Below, in pieces: positions 1 through 9,076 of a DNA stretch of 64,000 bases (position 1 is the first letter of the stretch; each line of letters opens with the position of its first letter). The translations under genes were made by a program, and so were the position numbers. Location of the stretch: assembly GCA_963812945.1 (NCBI GenBank), contig CAWEXD010000003.1, positions 132,932 through 196,931 of the forward strand, read 5' to 3'. The notes beneath the pieces are model-generated. The model was not told the origin of the DNA and ran no database searches. It saw only the letters and a program-made list of their open reading frames with translations. This DNA comes from an uncultured Candidatus Rokubacteria bacterium. Its GTDB lineage: Bacteria; Methylomirabilota; Methylomirabilia; Rokubacteriales; DASRDR01.

Positions 1-1521
1 GCGAGCATCTACGCCGCCGGACGCTCGGACGCGTGGCGCAAGCTGAAGGTCCAGCGCCGGCAGGAGTTCGTGATCGGCGGCTACACCGATCCCCAGGGCA
101 GCCGCGCCCGCTTCGGCGCGCTCCACATCGGGGTGTACGAGGGCGACCGGCTCGCCTACGTGTCGAAGGTCGGGACGGGCTTCGACGACGCCGAGCTCGA
201 GCGGCTCTGGGGGCGGCTCGCGTCGCTCCGCCGGGACACGTCGCCGTTCGACGCCGGCACGCCCGGGGGACGCGGGCACCACTGGGTCGAGCCCCGGCTC
301 GTCTGCGAGGTGCGGTTCACCGAGTGGACGCGGGACGGCGGCCTTCGCCACCCCGCCTACCTCGGGCTTCGGGACGACAAACGCCCGGAGGAGTGCCGTC
401 GCGAGACGCCGGACGCCGGCGACGGGCAGGACGACCCGGCCTCGGCGCCATCCGGTGTCGCATCCGGGCGGCGGGCCACGCGAAAGGGCCGCGCGCCGAA
501 GCGGGCGGCTGCGAGGGAGGGCGCGCGGGCCGCCGGCAAGGCCCCCGCGCCTCCGGGGTCGCGTGTGCGCCTGACGAATCTCGACAAGGTCTTCTGGACC
601 GCCGAGGGGTACACGAAGGGCGATCTGATCGCGTACTACGACACGATCGCGCCCAGGCTCCTCCCCTACCTCCGCGACCGGCCCATCGTCCTCACGCGCT
701 ACCCCGACGGGATCGCTGGCAAGTCCTTCTACCAGAAGGACGCGCCGGACTTCGCGCCCGACTGGGTCCGCACGGAGCGGATCTACTCGAAGGACACCGA
801 CCGCGACATCGACTACTTCGTCGTGGACGACGCCGAGACGCTGCGGTACGTGGCGAACATGGGCACGATCCCGATTCACGTCTGGAGCGCGCGGGTCACC
901 GCGCTCGAGCGGCCCGACTGGCTCGTCATCGATCTGGACCCGAAGGGCGCGCCCTTCGGGGACGTCGTGCGCGTGGCGCAGGCTCTCCACCGCCTCTTGG
1001 ACGACCTGGAGCTGGCCGGTTACCCGAAGACGTCCGGCGCCACCGGGCTCCACATCCTGGTGCCCCTCGGCGCGCGCTACACGCACGAGCAGACCCGGAC
1101 GCTGGCGCGGCTCCTCGCCATGCTGGTCGTCCAGGCGGTGCCCGACATCGCGACCGTGGCCCGTCCGCTGGCCGCTCGTGGCGGCAAGGTGTACGTCGAC
1201 TTCGGCCAGAACGGGCACGGCCAGACCATCGTCGCGCCGTTCTCGGTGCGGCCGCTGCCGGGCGCCCCCGTCTCCTGCCCGCTGGACTGGGAGGAGGTCA
1301 CCGCGCGGCTCGATCCGGCCCGCTTCACGATCCGCACCGCGCCGCGCCGCTTCGCCAAGCGGACGGATCCCCTGGCGCCGGTGCTCGGGCCCGGGATCGA
1401 CCTAGCCGTCGCGCTCTCGCGCATGGAGGGGCGGCTCGAGCCCAGCGCGCCGGCGGGACGCCGTAACGCACGTCGGAGCCGGCGCCGTGGCTCGACGCCG
1501 CGGGCCTCGGGCGCATCGTAG
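1..1521 (+). CDS. ligD: DNA ligase D (ligase C-terminal OB domain + primase/polymerase domain), 5' partial
   Basis: Frame open from base 1 (GRSDAWRKLK...QEFVIGGYT, YVSKVGTGF, LRHPAYLGLRDDK), then PolDom motifs LTNLDKVF, TKGDLIAYY, RYPDG, FYQK, DLDP, KTSGATGLH, YVDFGQN. Confidence 0.93.
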   Translation, partial: ASIYAAGRSDAWRKLKVQRRQEFVIGGYTDPQGSRARFGALHIGVYEGDRLAYVSKVGTGFDDAELERLWGRLASLRRDTSPFDAGTPGGRGHHWVEPRLVCEVRFTEWTRDGGLRHPAYLGLRDDKRPEECRRETPDAGDGQDDPASAPSGVASGRRATRKGRAPKRAAAREGARAAGKAPAPPGSRVRLTNLDKVFWTAEGYTKGDLIAYYDTIAPRLLPYLRDRPIVLTRYPDGIAGKSFYQKDAPDFAPDWVRTERIYSKDTDRDIDYFVVDDAETLRYVANMGTIPIHVWSARVTALERPDWLVIDLDPKGAPFGDVVRVAQALHRLLDDLELAGYPKTSGATGLHILVPLGARYTHEQTRTLARLLAMLVVQAVPDIATVARPLAARGGKVYVDFGQNGHGQTIVAPFSVRPLPGAPVSCPLDWEEVTARLDPARFTIRTAPRRFAKRTDPLAPVLGPGIDLAVALSRMEGRLEPSAPAGRRNARRSRRRGSTPRASGAS

Positions 1522-1563
1522 CGGAGGCGCGCGGCCGGAGCCGGGCCGCGGAAGGGTGATCGG

Positions 1564-2082
1564 ATGACACCGCAGAGCTGGCCACCGTCGCCGTCCGCTG
1601 GACCTCACCGGACTCCCGACGCGCCCGTCGGCTCATTCGAGTACGCGGGGTTCTGGGTGCGCGTTGCCGCCTCCCTCATCGACACGGTGCTCGTCCTGTG
1701 CGTCACGCTCCCTCTGCTCTTCGCCGTCTACGGATGGTCCTACCTGGAGGCCTCCCAGACGAGGTCCATCGCGGGCAGCGTCGATTTCCTGCTCACGTGG
1801 GTCGCGCCGGCCGTGGCAGTGGTGGCCTTCTGGCTGTACAGGCAGGCCACGCCCGGCAAGATGGCGCTGTCGGTCAGAGTGGTAGACGCCGCCACCGGCA
1901 ACACCCTGACCCTCGGACAATCCATTGGCCGCTATCTTGGCTACTTCGTCTCGACCATCCCTTTCGGGCTGGGCCTCATCTGGGTCGCCTTCGACCCCAG
2001 GAAGCAGGGGTGGCATGACAAGCTGGCCGGGACGGTCGTCATACGCTCCAGGAAGCGTGACCCCGAGCCTGCCAAGTCGTGA
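1564..2082 (+). CDS. RDD family membrane protein
   Basis: YAGFWVRVAASLID, ATPGKMAL, QGWHDKLAGTVVI motifs. Confidence 0.9.
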   Translation: MTPQSWPPSPSAGPHRTPDAPVGSFEYAGFWVRVAASLIDTVLVLCVTLPLLFAVYGWSYLEASQTRSIAGSVDFLLTWVAPAVAVVAFWLYRQATPGKMALSVRVVDAATGNTLTLGQSIGRYLGYFVSTIPFGLGLIWVAFDPRKQGWHDKLAGTVVIRSRKRDPEPAKS

Positions 2083-2146
2083 TCCGTCGACCAGCAGTGG
2101 CCCGGGGAGCGCTAGGCTCGGTCTTCGCGGTGTCGAGACGCCGGGT

Positions 2147-2878
2147 TCACGGCGCCGCGCCTGGGACCGCGGAGTGGCCGCCCGCGGCAGCGAGGAGACC
2201 CACGAGCTCCCGCGCCAGCGCCGGGCCGGTCCCGGACTCCTCGTGCTTGAAGTAGACGAAGGCGTCCCGCCACTCGGCCCGCGCGGCGGTCGCCGCCCAT
2301 CCCAGTAGCTCTTCGCGCGTGTACGCGCGGTCGCGGAGACGCAGGTAGCCGAAGTCGGCGGTCACGACGGCGGGCGTCGTGCTCTCCTCGGTGTCCGCGA
2401 GGCAGAGCGCCGTGTTCCGGGCGCGGAGGAGCGCGTACACCTCCTCGTCGAGCCACGAGGTGTGGCGGAACTCGACCGCCATGCGAGCCGGCGGCGGCAC
2501 GAGAGCAAGGCACGTGTCGAGGCGGTCCGTGTCCTTCCGGAAGTTCGGCGGCAGCTGAAGGAGCAGCGGTCCGAGCTTCGCCTCGAGCCCCCGGGCCGTG
2601 TCGAGGAAGTAGCGGAGCGGGTCGGCGATGTCACGCAGCCGGGCGAAGTGGCTGATCCGCTGCGGGACCTTGAGGGCGAAGACGAACCCCTCGGGCGTGT
2701 CCTGGTTCCAGCCGGCGATCGTCTTCCCGCTGGGCATCCGGTAGAACGTGTTGTTGAGCTCGACCGTGCGGAAGCGCTCCGCGTAGTACGGCAGCATGCC
2801 TGCGGGCGGGAAGCGCTCGGGATAGAAGGTCCCGCGCCATTCGGGATAGCTGTAGCCGGACGTGCCGACGTGGATCAC
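2147..2878 (-). CDS. DUF72 domain protein
   Basis: IHVGTSGYSYPEW, TVELNNTFYRMP, LLQLPPNF, AVEFRHTSW. Confidence 0.9.
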   Translation of the reverse strand: MIHVGTSGYSYPEWRGTFYPERFPPAGMLPYYAERFRTVELNNTFYRMPSGKTIAGWNQDTPEGFVFALKVPQRISHFARLRDIADPLRYFLDTARGLEAKLGPLLLQLPPNFRKDTDRLDTCLALVPPPARMAVEFRHTSWLDEEVYALLRARNTALCLADTEESTTPAVVTADFGYLRLRDRAYTREELLGWAATAARAEWRDAFVYFKHEESGTGPALARELVGLLAAAGGHSAVPGAAP

Positions 2879-2899
2879 GCAACCTCGGGCAGGCGCGCG

Positions 2900-3559
2900 T
2901 CAGGCGGTGGCCTCGCGGGCCGCGGCGCGGAAGCGCCGCACCTCACCGGCGGGATCGGCCGCGGAGAAGATGGCCGACCCGGCGACCAGCGTCGTGGCCC
3001 CGCGAAGGGCAAGGGGACGGCAGTGCTCGAGCTTGACGCCGCCGTCCACCGACACATCGAGCGGCCGCTCGCCGATCCGGTTCTTGAGGTCCACCAGCTT
3101 CGCGTACGTCGCCGGGATGAAGGCCTGACCGCCGAATCCCGGGTTCACCGACATGACCAGCACGAGGTCCGCCGCGTCCAGCACGTAGTCCAGGGCGGTG
3201 GTCGGAGTCCCGGGGTTCAACGCCACCCCCGCCCGCGCGCCGAGGTCCCGGATCCGGGCCAGCGTTCGATGCAGGTGGGGGCACGCCTCCACGTGCACGG
3301 TGAGCGCGTTCCCGCCCGCCCGGACGTAGGTTTCGAGGTAGGCGTCGGCGTTCTCCACCATGAGGTGGAGGTCGAGCGGGAGCCGTGTGCGCTTGCGGAT
3401 CGCCTCGATGACGGGCGGGCCGATCGTGAGGTTCGGCACGAAGTGGCCGTCCATCACGTCCACGTGGATCTGGTCGGCGCCGCCCGCCTCGATGCGTGCG
3501 ATCTCGTCGGCAAGCGCGGCGAAGTCGGCGGAGAGAATCGACGGGGCGATCTTGATCAT
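2900..3559 (-). CDS. rpe: Ribulose-phosphate 3-epimerase
   Basis: MIKIAPSILSADF, HVDVMDGHFVPNLT, MSVNPGFGGQ, VDGG; start reset to ATG 3559 within ORF 2900..4606. Confidence 0.96.
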   Translation of the reverse strand: MIKIAPSILSADFAALADEIARIEAGGADQIHVDVMDGHFVPNLTIGPPVIEAIRKRTRLPLDLHLMVENADAYLETYVRAGGNALTVHVEACPHLHRTLARIRDLGARAGVALNPGTPTTALDYVLDAADLVLVMSVNPGFGGQAFIPATYAKLVDLKNRIGERPLDVSVDGGVKLEHCRPLALRGATTLVAGSAIFSAADPAGEVRRFRAAAREATA

Positions 3560-4971
3560 GCCCGCCTCCTGAGCCGATGGGCTGTGAAACCGTCGGAGCC
3601 GTGATGATGGGGCGTCATGCGGAGCACGTCGGGCGCCGCACGGCACGCCGCCGGGACCGCGGGTGGCAGCGCGTCCGGCACGAAGTCGGGACGGCGCGCC
3701 CGGAAGCCCGCGACGACCGCCTCGTTCTCCTCGGGCTCGAGCGAGCACGTCGCGTAGACGAGGACGCCGCCCGGCCGGACCAACTCCCCGGCGGCGTCGA
3801 GGATCGCGGCCTGGGCCGTGGCCAGCGTCACGAAGTCGTCCGGCCGCCGGCGCCACTTGGCGTCGGGGTTTCGCCGGAGCACGCCGAGGTTCGAGCACGG
3901 CGCGTCGACCAGGACCCGGTCGCACGTCGGCCCCAGGACGTCCGCGAGCGCGCGAGCGTCGGCGAGCCGCGGCTCCACGAGCGCGGCGCCGAGCCGCGCG
4001 CAGGCGGCCCGCACGAGGCCGAGCCGGCCCGCGTGGGGATCCGCGGCGACGACCCGGCCGCGGTTCGCCATCAGCGCCGCCAGGTGCGTCGTCTTCGTGC
4101 CCGGCGCCGCGCAGACGTCGGCGACCGTCTCCCAGGGGAGCGGCCCGAGCGCGTGCCCCACCATGATGGCGGCCTCGTCCTGCACGGTGACGCTCCCGTC
4201 CCGGAGCGCTGCGAGCTCGCGCAGGTCCCCGGCCCGCTCGAGGAGAAGCCCCTCGGGGGCGAATCGCGTGGCCGTCGCGTCGACGCCCGAACGCCCGAGC
4301 GCCTCGGCCACCGCCGCCGCGGGCGCGCGCAGCGTGTTGACCCGGACGCAGAGCGGCGGCGCGGCGCTCATCGCCAGGGCGAGGGCCTCGGCCTCGGCGG
4401 GCCCGTCTCGGACCCACCAGCGCCGGACGAGCCACGCCGGCTGCGAGGCGCGGAGCGCCAAGGCCTCCACCGGGTCCTCCGCCGTGGGCGCGGGCCACGG
4501 GCGGGGCGCGGCGGCCAGCGTCCGGAGGACGCCGTTCAGGTAGGCGGCCGCGCCGGGCGACCGTCGCCGCTTGGCCAGCTCCACCGCCTCGTGGACCGCG
4601 GCCCATTGCGGGATCCGGTCGAGGAACCCGAGCTGATAGGCGGTGAGCCGGAGGAGCGCCCGGACCCAGGGCGTCAGCTCGGCGAGCGGCCGCCGCGACA
4701 CGCGCGCGAGCGCCCAGTCGACCCGTGCCCGCCAGCGGAGCGTGCCGAGCACCAGCTCCGTCACGAGGGCTCGATCCCGCGCGTCGAGCCCGGCCCGGTC
4801 GGGAAGCGTCTCCAGCAGGCGGTCGGCGTACGCGTCCCGCGTCTCGACGCGCAGGAGGATCTCGAGGGCGACGCCGCGCGCCGAGCTCCCGCCTCGGGCC
4901 CCGGGCCGCGCGCCCGCGCCAGGCGGGGCCGGCGCGGCGACGGCCTCAGCGGCGCGGGGCCGGCGCGCCAA
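3556..4971 (-). CDS. rsmB: 16S rRNA m5C967 methyltransferase RsmB (start uncertain)
   Basis: NusB-like N-terminus, DVCAAPGTKT, LVDAPCSNLG, YATCSLEPEENE; follows fmt. Confidence 0.93.
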   Translation of the reverse strand: MARRPRAAEAVAAPAPPGAGARPGARGGSSARGVALEILLRVETRDAYADRLLETLPDRAGLDARDRALVTELVLGTLRWRARVDWALARVSRRPLAELTPWVRALLRLTAYQLGFLDRIPQWAAVHEAVELAKRRRSPGAAAYLNGVLRTLAAAPRPWPAPTAEDPVEALALRASQPAWLVRRWWVRDGPAEAEALALAMSAAPPLCVRVNTLRAPAAAVAEALGRSGVDATATRFAPEGLLLERAGDLRELAALRDGSVTVQDEAAIMVGHALGPLPWETVADVCAAPGTKTTHLAALMANRGRVVAADPHAGRLGLVRAACARLGAALVEPRLADARALADVLGPTCDRVLVDAPCSNLGVLRRNPDAKWRRRPDDFVTLATAQAAILDAAGELVRPGGVLVYATCSLEPEENEAVVAGFRARRPDFVPDALPPAVPAACRAAPDVLRMTPHHHGSDGFTAHRLRRRA

Positions 4972-5875
4972 GCGGCGCTCCAGGGCCGAGCCGCGAGCCC
5001 CTCAGGTAGGCGTCCCAGGCCATCACCCGGCGATTCTCGGGCTGGACCTCGACTGGCAGGAGGAGCTCCTGACCGGTCCCGATCGCGAGCCGCCCGGCCG
5101 CGTCCGTGAGCACGCCCGGCTCGCCCCGGCCCTCCAGCGCCGCCGCGCGCCAGATCAGGAGGCGCCCTCCCGGAGTGGAGGTGACCACCCCTGGCCAGGG
5201 GTTCAGTCCGCGGACCCGCGCCGCCAGGGCGGCCGCCGGCTCGGTCCAGTCGAGGAGCCCGTCCTCCTTGCGGAGCCGGGGCGCCAGCGTGGCCGCCTGG
5301 GAATCCTGCGGGCGCGGCGTGAGCGTCTCCAGGCGGTCGAGGGTCTCGAGGAGCACCTCGGCGCCGAGCACGGCCAAGCGCTCGGCCAGCTCCCCGGCCG
5401 TCTCGTCGGGGCCGATCGCCGTCGCCCGCTGGAGGAGCACCGGCCCCGTGTCCATGCCCGCGTCCATCCGGAACGTCGTGATCCCGGTCTCGCGCTCTCC
5501 GCGGATGATCGCCCACGCGACGGGCGCCGCGCCCCGATAGCGGGGGAGCAGGGACGCATGGACGTTGATGGACCCGCGCGGGGGCACGTCGAGCACCGCG
5601 CGCGGGAGGATCTGCCCGAACGCCACCACGACCGCGACGTCGGCGGCGGGCTCGGCAAGACGCTCGGGCCAGTCCGGATCGCGAAGGCGGGGCGGCTGGA
5701 GAACCGGGATCCCGTGCTCGATCGCCGCCGCCTTGACCGGCGAGGCTTGCGCCCGCTGGCCCCGACCGGCGGGCCGGTCCGGTTGCGTCACGGCGGCCAC
5801 GACGTGGTGACGGGCACGGAGCGCGTGGAGCGTCGGGAGAGCGAAGACAGGAGTGCCGTAGAACAGCACGCGCAT
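4946..5875 (-). CDS. fmt: Methionyl-tRNA formyltransferase
   Basis: FYGTPVFA, VTQPDRPAGRG, INVHASLLPRYRGAAP, MDTG. Confidence 0.96.
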   Translation of the reverse strand: MRVLFYGTPVFALPTLHALRARHHVVAAVTQPDRPAGRGQRAQASPVKAAAIEHGIPVLQPPRLRDPDWPERLAEPAADVAVVVAFGQILPRAVLDVPPRGSINVHASLLPRYRGAAPVAWAIIRGERETGITTFRMDAGMDTGPVLLQRATAIGPDETAGELAERLAVLGAEVLLETLDRLETLTPRPQDSQAATLAPRLRKEDGLLDWTEPAAALAARVRGLNPWPGVVTSTPGGRLLIWRAAALEGRGEPGVLTDAAGRLAIGTGQELLLPVEVQPENRRVMAWDAYLRGSRLGPGAPLGAPAPRR

Positions 5876-5958
5876 GGGCTCCGGCCCGGTCTGCTAGACG
5901 GTTCCCCCCCGCGACCGGCCGGGTTCCGCGCTGCCCCGGCTGGGCCGATGCGCAGCGA

Positions 5959-6483
5959 TCACAACCTGACCCCAGCCGCCGCGGCGGGCTCTGCCGGGAA
6001 CCCCTCGCGCCTGATCTGCCGCTTGAGTCGGTCGCGCGTGACCTTGTCCAGCCGGTCGATGAAGAGGATGCCGTCGAGGTGGTCGATCTCGTGCTGGAGC
6101 ACTCGCGACAGGAGCCCCGACGCGCGGCGCCGGAACGACGCGCCCGTACGATCCATCGCCTCCACGACCACCCACTCGGCGCGGCGGACGTCGCCGAAGA
6201 CGCCCGGCAAGGACAGGCACCCTTCCTCGCCCATTTGCTCGCCGCCCTGCTCGACGATCACCGGATTGAGGTAGGTCCGGCCCGTGCCACGGCCCTCGTC
6301 GATCACGAGCATCCGGAGCTCGATGCCGACCTGGGTCGCGGCGAGCCCGATGCCCACCTCGGTGTGCATCGTCTCGACCATGTCGTCGAGCCAGCCCTCG
6401 ATCTCCGGCGTCACCTCGCGGACCGGCGCCGCCCGGCGCCGCAAGACCGGATCCCCGTAGAGCCGGACGTCCAGGATCGCCAT
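5959..6483 (-). CDS. def: Peptide deformylase
   Basis: GIGLAATQVG, EGCLSLP, QHEIDHLDG. Confidence 0.97.
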   Translation of the reverse strand: MAILDVRLYGDPVLRRRAAPVREVTPEIEGWLDDMVETMHTEVGIGLAATQVGIELRMLVIDEGRGTGRTYLNPVIVEQGGEQMGEEGCLSLPGVFGDVRRAEWVVVEAMDRTGASFRRRASGLLSRVLQHEIDHLDGILFIDRLDKVTRDRLKRQIRREGFPAEPAAAAGVRL

Positions 6484-6519
6484 CGGTCTCCCCCCTTCCG
6501 GCTAGCATTGTACCGCTCC

Positions 6520-8361
6520 TCACGGGAGCTCGACCGGATCCATGTCGATCGCGAGCCGCGTCCCTCCGAGCCGGCGCCGGCCGCGCAGGGGCTCGACAAT
6601 CGCGGCCACGGTCGCCGGAAGCTCCGGCCCGCCGAGGAGCACGACCTGGGCCCGCGCGCCCGCGAGCGTCGCCGGGCCCAGCACCGTGGCCTCTCTGGCG
6701 CGCCCGCGCTCGGCCAGATCCTCGCCGAGCCGGAGGGCGTCCCGACCCTCGGCGACGAGGCGGGCCATGCGGCGCGCCGGCGGATAGCCGAGCTCCTGGC
6801 GCTCCCTCCACTCCGGCTCGTAGAAGTGCTCCGGCTCGCCCCGGGCGACGGCCACCAGGGCCGGGTGCTCGGGCAGGAACGACTGGAGCCACACGCTCCC
6901 GCCGGGGGCGACGCTCTCGGTGAGACGCCAGGCCAGCTGAAACGTCCGTTCGGCGGCGCGAAAGTCGGGCAGATTGAGGGTTGCGTCGGCGAGGACGAGC
7001 GCGCCGACGGCGACCGGGGACTCCTCCGCCAGCCGGAGCGCCATGCTGGTGCCAACCAGGACTTGCGCCGCCCCCGAGCGGAACGCGGCCCGCGCGAGGT
7101 CGGCATCGCCCGGGGTGACGGTCGAGTCGTAGCGGACGACGCGCGCCTCGGGGAACGCGTGGCGAGCCTCGGCCTCGAGTCGCTCCGTGCCCCAGCCGAG
7201 GGGCTGAAGCCGACGGCCCCGGCACCGACCGCAGAGGCTCGCCGCCGGCCGCTCGAGGCCGCAGAGCCGGCACGCGAGCGCCCGCGTCTCGCGGTGGTAC
7301 AGGAGCGCCAGCCGGCAGCGCGCACAGCGGCGCACGGCTCCGCACTCCGCGCAGACGAGCGTGCGCGCGAAGCCGAGCCGGTTGAGCACGAGCAGCACGG
7401 AGCCCCCGCGCCCGAGCGCCGCGCGCGCCGCGGCGCAGAGGCCGGGTGAGAGGCTCGCCTCCGTCGCGTGCTCGCCGCCGAGCGCCACGCGCTCGACGAC
7501 AGGCCGGGGGGGCCGCGGGCCCCCGGGCGCGGGCTCGATCGTGAGCGCGCCCGTCCGGGTGCCCACCCAGCTCTCGAGGCTCGGCGCCGGGCTCGTGAGG
7601 AGACTCGCGCCTCCCTCGCGCTGGGTTCGCTGGAGGGCCAGGTCGCGCGCGTGCCAGCGCGGCGCGTCGGGGGCCTTGTGCGCCGGGTCCTCCTCGTCGA
7701 GGACCACGGTCAGCCCGAGGGGCGCGAGCGGGAGCCACACGGCCGCCCGGGTGCCGACGGCGACTCGCGCCTGACCGGTCCGGCACGCCCACCAGGCGGC
7801 CCAGCGCTGGCCGGGAGTGGCCGCGCTGGTGACGAGACACACCGGCTCGCCGAGCCGCGTCCCGAGCCGCGCCGCCCAGGCGCCCGCCTGCTCGATCTCG
7901 GGCGCGACGACCAGAACGGTCCCATCGCCAGCCAGCGCGTCCGCCACCAGCTGCTCGACGCGGCTGTGGCGAGCCGGGCCCGTCGCGAGGATCGCGGGGG
8001 ACGAGGAGCGCGCCATCGGCGACGGCGGGGGCGGCAGCGTCTCCGGCGCCCGCGCGCGCATCCCCGGCGGGAGCGCTCGGAACGCGGCCTCGCCCCAGGC
8101 ACTGACCGTCTCCGCGGCGGCCCAGCGCAGGAGGTCGAGCAAGGGCGGGGTCAGGGCGGGGACTGGGTCGAGCAGGCCGGCGACCGTCTCGAGGCCCTCC
8201 CCCGCCCCGTTCTCGACCGCGACCACGATCGCCGGGCGGGGGCGTCCGCGAAACGGGACACGCACACGCTGCCCGGGGGCCACGCGCCCCTCGAGCTCCT
8301 GCGGCAGCCGGTACGTGAAGACGCGGGGGACGGGGAGGTCGGTGACGACCTGGGCGAGCAG
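6520..8361 (-). CDS. priA: Primosomal protein N' (PriA), helicase motif I degenerate; start uncertain (CTG 8361 or GTG 8283)
   Basis: VFTYRLP...PGQRVRVPF N-terminal domain, four CxxC pairs, LNRLGFA, GTERLE, PDFRAAER, LGYPP. Confidence 0.85.
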   Translation of the reverse strand: MLAQVVTDLPVPRVFTYRLPQELEGRVAPGQRVRVPFRGRPRPAIVVAVENGAGEGLETVAGLLDPVPALTPPLLDLLRWAAAETVSAWGEAAFRALPPGMRARAPETLPPPPSPMARSSSPAILATGPARHSRVEQLVADALAGDGTVLVVAPEIEQAGAWAARLGTRLGEPVCLVTSAATPGQRWAAWWACRTGQARVAVGTRAAVWLPLAPLGLTVVLDEEDPAHKAPDAPRWHARDLALQRTQREGGASLLTSPAPSLESWVGTRTGALTIEPAPGGPRPPRPVVERVALGGEHATEASLSPGLCAAARAALGRGGSVLLVLNRLGFARTLVCAECGAVRRCARCRLALLYHRETRALACRLCGLERPAASLCGRCRGRRLQPLGWGTERLEAEARHAFPEARVVRYDSTVTPGDADLARAAFRSGAAQVLVGTSMALRLAEESPVAVGALVLADATLNLPDFRAAERTFQLAWRLTESVAPGGSVWLQSFLPEHPALVAVARGEPEHFYEPEWRERQELGYPPARRMARLVAEGRDALRLGEDLAERGRAREATVLGPATLAGARAQVVLLGGPELPATVAAIVEPLRGRRRLGGTRLAIDMDPVELP

Positions 8362-8373
8362 AGGACTCGGGCC

Positions 8374-9072
8374 TCAGGCGCCGGTCGGCGCCTGGCCCCG
8401 GACCCGGTCGTACTCCCGACGGATCAGCTTGAGGTCGTCGTACGCCTGGCGCCGGTAGATCGGGCCGGGGTTCCGCAGGAGGAAGGCCGGATGAAACACC
8501 GGAATCACGACGGCCCCCCCCAGCGAGTGGACCTGGCCGCGCAGGCGGCTGATCGGCTCGCGCGTCCGGAGGATGTGCTGCGTGGCGAACGTGCCGAGCG
8601 TGCAGATCACGCCCGGCTGGATGGCGGCGAGCTGCCCGGCCAGGAACGGCGCGCAGGCCGCGATCTCCTCCGGCTCCGGGTTGCGGTTCCCCGGAGGCCG
8701 GCACTTCACGATGTTGCAGATGTAGACCTCCTCGCGCGTGACGCCCACCGAGTCGAGCATCTTCGTGAGGAGCTGGCCCGCGCGGCCCACGAAGGGCTTG
8801 CCCTGCCGGTCTTCCTCCTCACCCGGACCCTCGCCGATGATCACGAGCCGCGCCTCCGGGCTGCCGGAGCCGAAGACGATCGTCGACCGTCCCTGGGAGA
8901 GCTTGCAGCGAGTGCACCCGGCGCTCGCCGCCTCCACTCGCCGGAGCGCGGCGGCGGGGCCGCCCAGGGGCTCGCCCTGGAGGGGCAGGTCCCGGACGCC
9001 CAGAGCCTGATGGAAGCGGAGGTGCTCGGCGAGGGCGCGCGCGGCGTCCGCCAGGCCCGCGGGGTCGGTCAT
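8374..9072 (-). CDS. Uracil-DNA glycosylase family 4 (Fe-S)
   Basis: CTRCKL, IGEGPGEEED, PFVGRAGQLL, NIVKCRPPGNRNP, FHPAFLLR. Confidence 0.94.
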   Translation of the reverse strand: MTDPAGLADAARALAEHLRFHQALGVRDLPLQGEPLGGPAAALRRVEAASAGCTRCKLSQGRSTIVFGSGSPEARLVIIGEGPGEEEDRQGKPFVGRAGQLLTKMLDSVGVTREEVYICNIVKCRPPGNRNPEPEEIAACAPFLAGQLAAIQPGVICTLGTFATQHILRTREPISRLRGQVHSLGGAVVIPVFHPAFLLRNPGPIYRRQAYDDLKLIRREYDRVRGQAPTGA

Positions 9073-9076
9073 GACC

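Noticed and set aside
8374-8376. udg TGA as selenocysteine
   Set aside because: It follows a complete UDG domain, not a Cys-homologous position, and I see no matching hairpin
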